A stretch of 64,000 bases of DNA, taken from assembly GCF_001194135.2 (NCBI RefSeq), contig NC_068990.1:90354959-90418958 (forward strand). Reading direction: 5' to 3'. The DNA is from Octopus bimaculoides. Lineage: Eukaryota. The translations under genes were made by a program, and so were the position numbers. Position 1 is the first letter of the stretch. Every line of letters starts with the position of its first letter. Shown here piece after piece: positions 11,575 through 23,185 of the stretch. Below the pieces are notes generated by a model, which made no database searches, was not told the origin of the DNA, and saw only the letters and a list, made by a program, of their open reading frames with translations.

Positions 11575-11935
11575 AGGGGATTAGGTTAAGTTTGCTTCCT
11601 AACCATATGTTTGCAGGTTCAGTTCCACTGCGTGGCTCCTTGGTCAAGTGTCTTCTACTATAAAACCGAGACGATTGAAGACTTTTGAGTGGATTTGGTA
11701 GACGGAAACCGAAAGAAGCCTATCAGATATAAATGTGTGTCTACGTGTGCATGTGTATTGTGTATCTTTGTGATTCTGTATTTCGCGACACCGCTTGGTT
11801 TGTTTACGTTCCTGTAGTAACGTTACAGTTCAAAGAAAGACATGCTTATAATAAGTGTCAATCCCGTTTTAAAACAATTACTGGGATCGATTTGTTCGAC
11901 TAACACCCTTAAAGGCGGTGCCCCCCCACCTATGC
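11575..11935 (+). mobile_element. SINE family B, diverged near-full copy
   Basis: ggttcagttccactgcgtggc..ttggtcaagtgtcttctactata..gtggatttggtagacggaaac.gaaagaagcc ... gatttgttcgactaa..aaggcggtgc. Confidence 0.8.
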
Positions 11936-12792
11936 CTCCGTTGTAAATCATAAAACTATAAATGACGCAAGCGAACCATAGAACTGCTGCTGAGCAACGG
12001 TCATATTTTGCAGACGACTCTTCTTTTCTTAATTTTAATTGGCAAAATATTATTTCGGAGAATCTTGGCTACTATTATATCATGGCCACTTTATTGATTA
12101 ACAGAATAAAGAAAGGAAAAGAACCGATAACATTTTGAAAGAAATTAGCCGTTTGATCGGTAACAATACGAATTTAGTGGTGATTATATAATCGTTACTA
12201 ATAATTTATTATTACCTCACTTTGGGATGCGGCAAAATTTTGTCGGAGATGTACAACGCCTAAATGCTGGCCATTAGCATTGAGACGCACGTGTATTCTT
12301 GCTTATTTAATATCAGCACTTAGCCATATATGGTATGAAAATCTCTAGCTATTTCTTTCAAATAACATCGCAAGTACACACACGCACACAGTCATATTAT
12401 ACAAACATATATATATAAATACACACACACATAATGATATCAGTATATATTGCTATGAATTATGACAAATATATTTGTATTCTTATAAGCTTATTGTTTG
12501 TCTTCTGGTTCTAGTAATATACGATATGTAAACACACAGGTATTTGTTTTAAAGGAAAATATCTCGTTTATTTAAAAGCGAATTCATCGGGAGCGCAAAC
12601 ATTTGTTGTCGTAGTTTTTATACATTTCTAAAAGCAAACGAACGAAATCTGCTAAATTGTTTGCAATATTGTATAGTATAAAAATATCTACGAATACTTT
12701 TCAAACAATCGTGCATTATATCATGCCATACACCACAGACAATAGCATGTCACCACGAATATGAAATGCATGTATGTATGTATGTATGTATG

Positions 12793-12830
<38 letters not shown>

Positions 12831-13420
12831 TGTATATATATCCATATATATCCATACATATACACGTATATATATATTTATATATATGTACATATATATA
12901 TATTTATATATATGTACATATATGTATGTATATANNNNNNNNNNNNNNNNNNNNNNNNNNNNNNNNNNNNNNNNNNNNNNNNNNNNNNNNNNNNNNNNNN
13001 NNNNNNNNNNNNNNNATATATATATATATATATATATATATAAGGGCATTACTACAGAATAATGCCACACACTAGACTTACCAAATAAACATATTTAGTA
13101 CCGAATGCGAGGAAAGCAACTCGACTATGTATCGACCGATTTCTCGATTACTAGAATGAAATCTAGTTTCCGTCCATCAGCATAGTATAGTCCAAATGAT
13201 ATATAAATAAACAAAATCCTCACCTCACCGAAACGTACACTCTACGTATAACCCACGAGAATGTATCGTAGCTCTTCACTCCGGCATTCGAAACTCCGAG
13301 TTTCGATGACAAACTTTTACTGTATAATGACAACCGTTTAATGTTTGCTTTAATTTATAACATATAAAATAATCCTCTGTTTCTACAAATATCGAAGCCG
13401 CATTCTTTAGTTGCTGTACA

Positions 13421-13505
<85 letters not shown>

Positions 13506-13511
13506 GCATAT

Positions 13512-13562
<51 letters not shown>

Positions 13563-13752
13563 CGTATGTATGTATATGTATATGTATATATATATATATA
13601 CATGGACTTACACACGCGTAGACACGCACACATACGATTTGGATCTTCCTCCTGTTATTGGTTAGATTATTCCTGTGACGAACACGTCTTTCAAGCGACT
13701 TAATCTGCTCAGAACACGCAATCGCATTCACCCCACACACAGGCACACACAG

Positions 13753-13796
<44 letters not shown>

Positions 13797-14957
13797 GCGC
13801 ACGCTCACGCATATGGCTGCACACGTATATGTTTAAAGAGAGGTGAATGCACATCCATATGTATTTATGTGTATAAATCTGCGTGTGATGCTTGCGTGTG
13901 TCTGCGTATTAGTGCCTTTGCGTGTGTTTGATTACGCCTTTCTATGCGAATGTACGCAACCTAAATATTGTTGTTCTTTAAATAGATAGCTACATTTATT
14001 CATACCGTATACGACTAAGTACTAACACTACACAAACACGAAAGAATATTAATGTTCACCATTTACAACTTAGAATTTTTTTCCTATAAATTTTGCTATA
14101 TTTCAAGGCATTGTATTATCGCAGAGTCAGAAGGCGTTAAAACAAAATATAGCCTAGTAACAATAACCATTATCTATACGTTCTGATGCATACTCTAACT
14201 CCTTGCAAAATGTTATCTGTTTGCGTGGAATGATAGAAACATTGTGAGCGCTTCATTTAATGAACAATGATAAGTCGTCAAATAACGTTGAAACATCTAA
14301 ATTAATAGACGGACTAGTCAACGGAATAGCGTTTTCATGTCACGCAACCGGCTACAAACTGCAGCCTATTCTCCATCAATTTTGCACTCCACTTTATATT
14401 AGTGAATAAAATTAAAACGTGTGATGTACTTTAAATGATTTGTCTGTCCTGTACATCACATGATACACAGGACGATGTTGGTCCTCTGCATTACATCATA
14501 TATGATTAATGGCGTCCATGGACCATACATGATACACTTTCCCAATTTCTTTTAAACACCACAAAAGCGAATTTTATATTACTCAGAATGTCTGAAACAA
14601 AAACTAATTAAATGTCTGAAAACAAACAGACTTTTAGGATAAACTTGTGTATCTACACTTGACAAAGGGTTACCGATACTCACCATAAATATTTCTATGT
14701 ACAATAGATCATTACGGAGTAAAACGTGTTCTTTGTATTCATTTATCCTGAATCATGTTGACATTCATTCGTCGTTTCCTTCTTCAGTATTATTTTTCTT
14801 CCATATCCAATTTATGTCTTCTTATTATAATTACTAGTTATATTATAGTTTTCATTATAGGTTATTGACATACAAACACAGCAACACCGGTTGTCAAGTG
14901 GTTGTGGTGCCGGGGTGACAAGCACAGATAGAAAGATACACATACATAGATATGCAT

Positions 14958-15032
<75 letters not shown>

Positions 15033-15603
15033 NNNNNNNNNNNNNNNNNNNNNNNNNNNNNNNNNNNNNNNNNNNNNNNNNNNNNNNNNNNNNNNNNNNN
15101 NNNNNNNNNNNNNNNNNNNNNNNNNNNNNNNNNNNNNNNNNNNNNNNNNNNNNNNNNNNNNNNNNNNNNNNNNNNNNNNNNNNNNNNNNNNNNNNNNNNN
15201 NNNNNNNNNNNNNNNNNNNNNNNNNNNNNNNNNNNNNNNNNNNNNNNNNNNNNNNNNNNNNNNNNNNNNNNNNNNNNNNNNNNNNNNNNNNNNNNNNNNN
15301 NNNNNNNNNNNNNNNNNNNNNNNNNNNNNNNNNNNNNNNNNNNNNNNNNNNNNNNNNNNNNNNNNNNNNNNNNATATATATATATATATACACATGTATT
15401 GCTGTTTATTTATGCATACATGCATATATACACATATATGCATATATACACATATATGTGCGGTTGTGCATGCTTGAGAGTATGGGTATGTATGTGTGGG
15501 TGGGTGTACTATAGTGTCACCCTTTTAATATTTGTTCTAAATTATAACATATATAAATATTCCTCTATTTCTCTAATATCGAGGTCTCATTCTTCTGTTG
15601 TTA

Positions 15604-15644
<41 letters not shown>

Positions 15645-15682
15645 GCATATATCTACTTTATTTTCTTCCCTTCTTCTTAGCT

Positions 15683-15900
15683 CTCCTGTGTGACCCCTCT
15701 GTCCGGCATTCGCCATGATAGATCACTACTAAACCTTTTTTTTTTCCTCTCCCTGTTTATTTCTGTGTTCCTTTGTGTCGAAGAGCGTAGGCTCGAAACG
15801 TAAAAGACTTTCTCATTTCCCGAGCGTTAAACTAATACCTCTGTTTGTTGTTTACACACCACGTCTTCGTCTTTTGTTTTTTCTTTTGTAAATTCTCACT
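15683..15900 (+). mobile_element. Penelope-like pLTR-type repeat fragment abutting (TA)n
   Basis: Contains the gaagagcgtaggctcgaaacgt motif typical of PLE terminal repeats and ends in a (TA)n-like tract. The family assignment is an inference. Confidence 0.55.
15771..15806 (+). ncRNA. Minimal type-I hammerhead-like motif (variant or decayed core)
   Basis: Stem I CTTT/AAAG; core GTGTCGA (canonical CUGANGA, deviating at C3 and A6); extra A; stem II GAGC-GTAG-GCTC; GAAA; palindromic ACGT stem III; GUA cleavage triplet. Confidence 0.5.
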
Positions 15901-16523
15901 ATATATATATATATATATTTATTTATTTATATGTAAATTCATATATAGATGCATACTTCCATATATATGTTTACATGCATATATGCAAATATATACTGAG
16001 AGAGGCAGAGTGACAGAAAATTAGTGAGAATGAAAAGCGGGGAAGCAAGAGAGAGCGAGATGTACTCACAAGCAGAACGAGTCATTTAGATGAATAAATA
16101 GATAGATAGGTAGATATTTTGCACGTGTGCGTTCACACACGTATATGTTGCATGCTGTTTCATAAGTACACCTTGCTGCACGTGACTCCTGTGAAATATG
16201 ATGTCAAAGGAATGTTAGCGAAAGACAGAAGAGAAGAAAAATAATACAAAGACTGCTTGTGTTTAAAAGAGAAGGAAACGAGAGGGAAGCAGCCGTAAGT
16301 GGAAGGGAAATAAAATGGCGTTGTTTCTAAAAACTAGTATTGAGTGATATCGAGTTGGGAGATAGGGATGTGGGAAGGCTTATATCAATGGTTCAACGGT
16401 GAGGTGTGTGTGTGGTGCGGTAGAAGAATGCAATTAGAATATCGCTGTCTATTGGTGAGGGTGATTACATGTGAAGTGGTACATGCATACACACCCTGAC
16501 ACATGGAGACATACACATACATG

Positions 16524-16590
<67 letters not shown>

Positions 16591-16650
16591 GTGTATGTAT
16601 ATATATATATATATATATAAACATAACACACACATTCATATATGGATATG

Positions 16651-16689
<39 letters not shown>

Positions 16690-16864
16690 ATATATATAAG
16701 AATATGCATACTAAATGAAGTCTTTTATTCCATCTATCTTATTAATACTGTTACCCCAACCACCACTACGAAATTCCTGCAGTAAATCTACGGATAACAA
16801 CAGGTAATCGAAACTGTGCCGGTGCTTTACTCATCATCTACTTATACATTTTGTATAATTTCTC

Positions 16865-16908
<44 letters not shown>

Positions 16909-17879
16909 ACATATATACTTATATATACAAATGTGTAAGCAAACAGAACAACTGCACACACTAAACACACATATATGCACACATCTCTTATACATACCAC
17001 CACTTAAACACTCGTAACATTATATACATATACATACACTTATATGACAAATTAGACCCGTATCCTTGTGACATCACACAAACACACACACACAAATAAA
17101 ATAATCACATGCAACAAACTAACACTTCAAAAGAGGACAGATAAACGCGAATGCTCAGTAGTAACGCAACACGCTTACTTCATGTGACCCTAGTAGCGCT
17201 AAAACACACGTAACGCTGTTTACACACGTCTAAACTCGCATACACTTATAAGATTCATAAACTAATTTAGATGCAAATGCATTTGATACATGTTTGTACA
17301 ATAGTAAGACATCCAGATGTGTGTATTTGAAGCACCTGTATGACTGTAACACTACAAAATCATACCATGATAGTGAGGCGAATTAGTAACCGTTGGAATG
17401 TCGGACAAGAAGTCTATAACATAATATTCTGACCAGAACAGCAGTTTCAAATAATAGTCGTCGCCACCACCACCACCACCACCACAGAAGCAATACGTAA
17501 TATCTACTTCGCGACTAAAGTGCAAATCAGTCGGTTTAAGGAACTCATATTTCGTCGGGGTATCAGTCTGTTGTAGTGCTGGAGCCAGACCCTTGCGCAA
17601 GGACGGGTGGCACTGCCTGGTTCAGAAACTGAACCCATGTCCTAATCCTTGTAAACCCTACTATCTAACCACCATGTTAGACGCCTTCACAGCAATATGT
17701 TATCTCTTCTGTTTTTCTTTATATCTTTTTACTTGTTTTATTCGTCACCCTGCAGCCATGCGAGGGCACCGCCTTCAAGGGGCGAATCCAACCAATAGTC
17801 CCCAGTACACATTTAATCTGTTTCTTTCGCCGAACCGATAAATTACTAGTTGTCAAGCAGTAGATGCACATACACACGC

Positions 17880-18052
17880 ACACATACTCGATGGCTTTCA
17901 CACACTGTTTCCTTCTACCAAATTCACTCACAAGCCATTAGTTGGCTCGTAGCTACCGTAAAAGACACTGGCGCACGATGTCGCGGAGTGGGTCTGAACC
18001 CGCAGCCAACTGAGTGCAAAAGGAGCTTCTTAACCACACAGCCACGACCACA
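17880..18052 (-). mobile_element. SINE family B, diverged 5' part
   Basis: ctaccaaattcactcacaagccatt...aagacactggcgcacgatgtcgcggagtgggtctgaaccc...cttaaccacacagccac. Confidence 0.75.
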
Positions 18053-18397
18053 TAATTTATGTGAATTATACCAGCTATAAGAATTAAAATTACAACATGA
18101 AGAAAAACAATACAAGAATCTTTAGAGTGATTAGAATATTTTACAGGAATAACAATAGGTATAATTACTACGGCAATGTCTAGTAATGAATATAAGGTGC
18201 GCTAGGAAGGTAAGTTGCAGGAATGAAATAATTGTGTCACCTGTCATTATTACTTTTCCTCTAGATTCACGTGTCAATACACATAATGTATGGTCATGTA
18301 TATGTGTGTGTACAGATTTATAGATATATGCATTTGTATATATATATATATATATATATATATNNNNNNNNNNNNNNNNNNNNNNNNNNNNNNNNNN

Positions 18398-18444
<47 letters not shown>

Positions 18445-18503
18445 TTATACGTGTATGTATATATATATATACACATGTATATATATATTCATATATAAAT
18501 GTA

Positions 18504-18534
<31 letters not shown>

Positions 18535-18559
18535 ACTCATGTACATACACACACATATA

Positions 18560-18599
<40 letters not shown>

Positions 18600-19159
18600 T
18601 GTACATATGTATATATATACATGTACATAGAGACACACACATATATCATATATATATGTATAAATAATATATAAATATATGCATATATCCATACATATAT
18701 GTACATACCTACATCTATATGTATACATACATGCATGTATATACATGTGTGTGTGTATATACTCATATATGCACGTATCTTTCCTTGTATAAATACTTGC
18801 ACGTGTGTTTGTTTAACACGCTCTCTCTCACTCTCTCTTTCTCTCTCTGTCTCAAACACACACACTCACACGCGAGCATATACTTATGCATGTATACATA
18901 TATATACACACGGACATATATGCGCATGCATACGAACATACCAGCTGCATGCATGTGTGCACGTATGCGTGTAGGCATACGTAAATACAGGCATATGGCG
19001 CATGTATACATATTCAGCGACCTTACTAACACACTAACCAAAGATGGAACACAACGGATGTGAAGCCATTAAAAGGATTCTTGAAATGAATAATGTAAGA
19101 ATTCCGATGACAGGCAGTGTCATCGTTACCATCGCCTGCAGCTCTGCGCCATCGCGTCC

Positions 19160-19353
19160 TCCTCCGCTTCCTCCGCTTCCTCCTCTTCCTCCGCTTCCTC
19201 CTCTTCTTCCTCTTATCCTCATCAATATCCTCATCTTTCTGCTCATGCTCATTGCTGTCGTCGTCATCATCTTCATCGTTGTCATCTTGTTGTCGTTAGC
19301 AACTCCGTTGTCATCGTCGTCGTCGTCGTCGTCGACGTCGTCGTCGTCGTCGG

Positions 19354-19387
<34 letters not shown>

Positions 19388-19470
19388 TTCATCAACATTA
19401 TCATCATTATCGTCATTATCATCACAATCATCAACATCATCATCATCATCATCATCATCATTGTCGTCAC

Positions 19471-19524
<54 letters not shown>

Positions 19525-19565
19525 AATCAACAACAACAACAGCAGCAGCAACAGCAGCAGCAGCA
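19160..19565 (+). repeat. Compound simple repeat: (CCTCCKCTT)n, then (CGT)n/(CAT)n/(CAA)n/(CAG)n
   Basis: Direct reading. Confidence 0.9.
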
Positions 19566-20282
19566 TCATTATGTTCTTAGGGCCTAAAGCAGAAGATTTT
19601 CCCCCTTGCGATAATATCAATGTCGTGCGATGAGATATTTGCATGTATGCGAAAAAGACGCGTATCAGCCATTTATCTGCATGCATATGTAGATATATGC
19701 TAAACTTTGACGCTTACTCATATGCATACGCATATTCTGTTGTGTTTCGATACTTTTCACCGTATATTTAAAAGTACCTCTCTCTCTCCCTCTCTTTATA
19801 GTACTTCTCACTCACTCTTTCCCTCTTTATATATACATATAAAATTATAAATAACGATAGGAGTATACTATAATCAAAATGACTTTACCATTGGAAAGTC
19901 TTATGCAAAGACAATTGTTTCATAGCTTAATAAAACATGTGTCGATAATTTATATTATTTTATTTTATGCATAATTAATCACTTACGTGTCTAAATTAAT
20001 ATATGTAAATGTAAGTAATTTGTTATTTATTATAAAATGCAATAAAGTAAATCATTTGTACATCTTAATTAAGGTGCGAAACGATTTTCGTTAAATAAGA
20101 ATTTCCAATGGTGAAATAAATTTTATCATAGTATAAATCTCTCTGGCTATTTATAATTCTGCCCACTCTTTATGTTTTGCTGTTGTATCGTTGTACAGAT
20201 GCTACATGTTTCGTGAAATGATACACTAAGAAGCTTTTTCCATGAGTGCCACCGGATTATTTGCACCTTTAGTTTCATAGCT

Positions 20283-20399
20283 CTTGTTGTTGTTGTTGTT
20301 GTTGTTGTTCTTCTTCTTCTTCTTCTTCTTCTTCTTCTTCTTCTTCTTCTTCTTCTTCTTCTTCTTCTTCTTCTTCTTCTTCTTCTTCTTCTTCTTCTA

Positions 20400-20440
<41 letters not shown>
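20283..20440 (+). repeat. (TTG)n(TTC)n(TTA)n compound microsatellite
   Basis: Direct reading; abuts the palindrome at 20435. Confidence 0.95.
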
Positions 20441-20445
<5 letters not shown>

Positions 20446-20600
20446 TCACTGCCTGGAATCGATCTCGGAATCTTGGGGTTAGTAGACCGCGCTCTTAACC
20501 TCTAGGCCATATGCCCGTGGGCATATGGCGTAGTGGTTAAGGGCGCGGACTACCAAACCCAAGATTCCGAGTTCGATTCCAGGCAGTGACCTGAATAATA
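20435..20600. repeat. Palindrome of two back-to-back tRNA-derived heads (2-nt centre GT at 20517-20518)
   Basis: tcaggtcactgcctggaatcg...ccatatgccc-GT-gggcatatgg...cgattccaggcagtgacctga; arms about 80 bp with several mismatches. Confidence 0.95.
20519..20593 (+). promoter_or_regulatory. Pol III type-2 internal promoter (tRNA-like head)
   Basis: A box TGGCGTAGTGG at 20526-20536 and B box GTTCGATTCC at 20571-20580. The mirror copy on the minus strand has one change in each box. Confidence 0.75.
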
Positions 20601-20612
20601 GTAATAATAACA

Positions 20613-20810
20613 ACATCGGAAAAATACCTTAGGAATGAGAAACCAGGTTCGAAATTTTACCCAAGATACCTGATCAAGGCTGGAGGGTATATCAGCCGAA
20701 ATGTTGTGTTAACAACAAACAAGATGAGGACAAATATCCGTCAATTGTAAATAATGTAAATAATGTAAATAACGTACATAATTCCTCATCTCTTAAATAT
20801 AGAACTGCTT
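20613..20810 (+). mobile_element. Penelope-like pLTR-type segment downstream of the tRNA-like head
   Basis: Contains a hammerhead-shaped motif, then short (taaataatg)n repeats. The inverted-duplicated 5' end is a PLE-like trait (inference). Confidence 0.55.
20665..20710 (+). ncRNA. Minimal type-I hammerhead-like motif, decayed
   Basis: Stem I GATAC/GTGTT; core CTGATCA (G8 is C); extra A; stem II GGCTG-10 nt-CAGCC; GAAA; TGT-T (canonical CGT-H, with C15.2 as T and U17). Confidence 0.55.
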
Positions 20811-21499
20811 TAACTTTGTATCCAACATACAACACTCGTCCATTTTTGAGCACAATGTAGTTAAATTATATAAAAGGAAAATAGTTCGCGAGAGCTTTGG
20901 AGAAACTTGACACTGTCTAAACCGTGTTGAATTCATAAATTTCCGAAGTTTTAGTTATTATAACGAATGTTTAGAAAAGATATAATACAGAACAATGTTA
21001 AAAGCATTTGATACATCGAACTTAATTGTATCACCACTAATATATTTACTCGGTGTTGCTTTTGAATTTCTTGTAACAAGGAATATCCTGTATCTATCGT
21101 CTTTGTTGTCATTTTGATCGAGAAATTCACATTACGATTTCGAAAGAAAAGCGTTATTTAAACTCTCCATCGATTTCTTTTCAGTTTATCTCTATCGTTG
21201 TCAGATTAATGGATATTATACTATGCGGGAATAAATATTACCGACTTATTGATTATTTTTTTGTTTTTGTTCAAGCATGAAATAAGAAACCAGTTAATAA
21301 ATTGATGACATTTTGTCAATAGAAAAATGAACAGAAGTTTCCAGAATTTCTGAAGGATTGTTTAATACAATTAGCGGTCGCACATCTTTGAGAAGTTGAG
21401 AGACGGGTGACGGTGAACAAGGTCAAAGAATAAATTAACTAAGCTTTACAAGACTGGGATTATGGAGTATCTATCAGAGTTATTAATGTCAGTCAACTC

Positions 21500-21720
21500 T
21501 TTCACAAACACATGTTCTTGTTAAATAGTTTAGATATCTCTTTGTAAAATTCTCACTAATTCCATATCACTTCAAGTTCTCTCGAATCATTTCTTTCCAA
21601 CTAATTTCGATTCTTTCTCCTCCTCGTTATTTCTCTCCTAGTCGATAACGAAGTGTAATTTCTTGGAACAGCGGGAAATAGTGTAATATTCGCAATGTTG
21701 CACATAGATCTCGCTAGAAA
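21500..21720 (-). mobile_element. Possible RTE-LINE 3' coding remnant
   Basis: Minus strand reads RGGERIEISWKEMIRENLK*YGISENFTK, weakly like the RTE 'RGRP.K.W.E.IR.DLK..G' motif. Confidence 0.35.
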
Positions 21721-21859
21721 ATCAACTGCTTCGCTGCTCTTCTACGAATGATATATCTTCGAAATTCTCCTTGCTTTCAGAGTGAAATCATTCTAATTTG
21801 TGAAATTCTAGTCAGTTACTAAATACCGATGCAGTCCATAGATATATGTGCTTCACTCT

Positions 21860-22065
21860 AAGGCGACCAGCTTGCAGAATTTTAGAGAGGCGAGGTAAAA
21901 TGCTGGGGGGCATTTGTTCCAGCTCTTTCCATTCTGATTTCAAATTCTGCCGAGGTCAACATTGCTTTTTATCATTTCGGGGTTGAGAATGTCTAATACC
22001 AGTGAAATACTGTGGTAGGGGCTATCGACTATCCCTTAAAATTGTGGGCGCTGTGCCTAAAAGTG
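21860..22065 (+). mobile_element. SINE family A, old diverged copy
   Basis: aaggcgaccagcttgcagaa...tcaaattctgccgaggtcaac...ctgtgcctaaaagt. Confidence 0.75.
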
Positions 22066-22304
22066 TGTTGTGGTTTGTATTCGAACTCTTATATATGAGA
22101 AAATAAATTACTTCACAGTTACAGCAATAAATCTGGTTGAGGCAATAATAGTACCTTACAACTGTAATCATTCATTTTAAAACTATGTTTCCAAACGCGT
22201 CACACGCGGTAACGGAATACAAACTAGCGATATTTTGGCGACACAGTCATACAATATGACTGCAGTAACCAATACTCTTGTATTGATAATATAAGATTAC
22301 GTTC

Positions 22305-22492
22305 AAGGCGGCGAAATGCTTAGCGGTACTTCGTCTGTCTTTATGTTCTGAGTTCAAAATACCCCGAGGTCGACTTTGCCTTTCATCCTTTCGGCGTCGG
22401 TAAATTAAGTACCAGTTGCGAACTGGGGTCGATCTAATCGACTGGCTCCCTCCCCTAAAATTTCAGGCCTTGTGCCTAGAGTAGAAAAGAAT
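22305..22492 (+). mobile_element. SINE family A with a 29-bp deletion in the head
   Basis: aaggcggcga|aatgcttagcgg...gagttcaaa..ccgaggtcgactttgcctttcatcctttcgg...cttgtgcctagagtagaaaaga. Confidence 0.9.
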
Positions 22493-23029
22493 TTAAGACT
22501 GCGTTCACATCTTTCTTTTCTATTTCCTATATTCCAAAGCACACTGTTGTGAAAATTTCTCATCAACAAAATATAGAAGGAAATTTAATATTTGTCATGC
22601 ACAGATGAGCATTGTATTAATTTGATGAAATGAAATTAGATCAGAATACAAACGGTAAGTTGGTGAAGACTTTTAATATCTCTGACAGAGGAATATGTTT
22701 GCTTAAAGAATATATTATAATTTATAATTCTTTAAATTAACATGAGTTGTAAAGTGTTGTTTTGACCGATTTCGAAGCAATGCTTGCAAAGCAATTTCAT
22801 GGAGCAAACATTATCGATTCAAAATTACATTTTGTAGTGAATCGAATTCTGATTCTGATTTCGATTCACATGTGGGAAAAGCGCAGCATGCATGCCATGA
22901 CGTTACATACAAGAAATATTTGAAACCATAAGACTCACAGGGGTAATTACCCGGTCGCCATGGAGCGTATGTGAGTGAGATGACTATGTATGCCCTGAAT
23001 GGAACACCGGATTGATGCAGGGTGACTGC

Positions 23030-23037
23030 ACCATCAC

Positions 23038-23068
<31 letters not shown>

Positions 23069-23185
23069 GTCATCATCTTCATCATCATCATCATCATCAT
23101 CGTTTCATTTCGTCGTCGTTGTCGTCGTCATCGTCCTCATCATCACCATCATCATCATCATCATCATCACCACCATCACCATCGA
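23030..23185 (+). repeat. (CAT)n/(CGT)n/(CAC)n compound microsatellite
   Basis: Direct reading. Confidence 0.9.

Noticed and set aside
13288-13306. 8-bp hairpin tcgaaact-ccg-agtttcga
   Set aside because: Too short; expected by chance in 64 kb.
19044-19526. 160-aa ORF resembling a Pro-rich, transmembrane, Ser-tail protein
   Set aside because: Each apparent domain maps to a simple repeat (9-mer, CAT/CGT arrays).
22837-22869. 10-bp inverted repeat gtgaatcgaa...ttcgattcac
   Set aside because: Short and isolated, with no supporting context.
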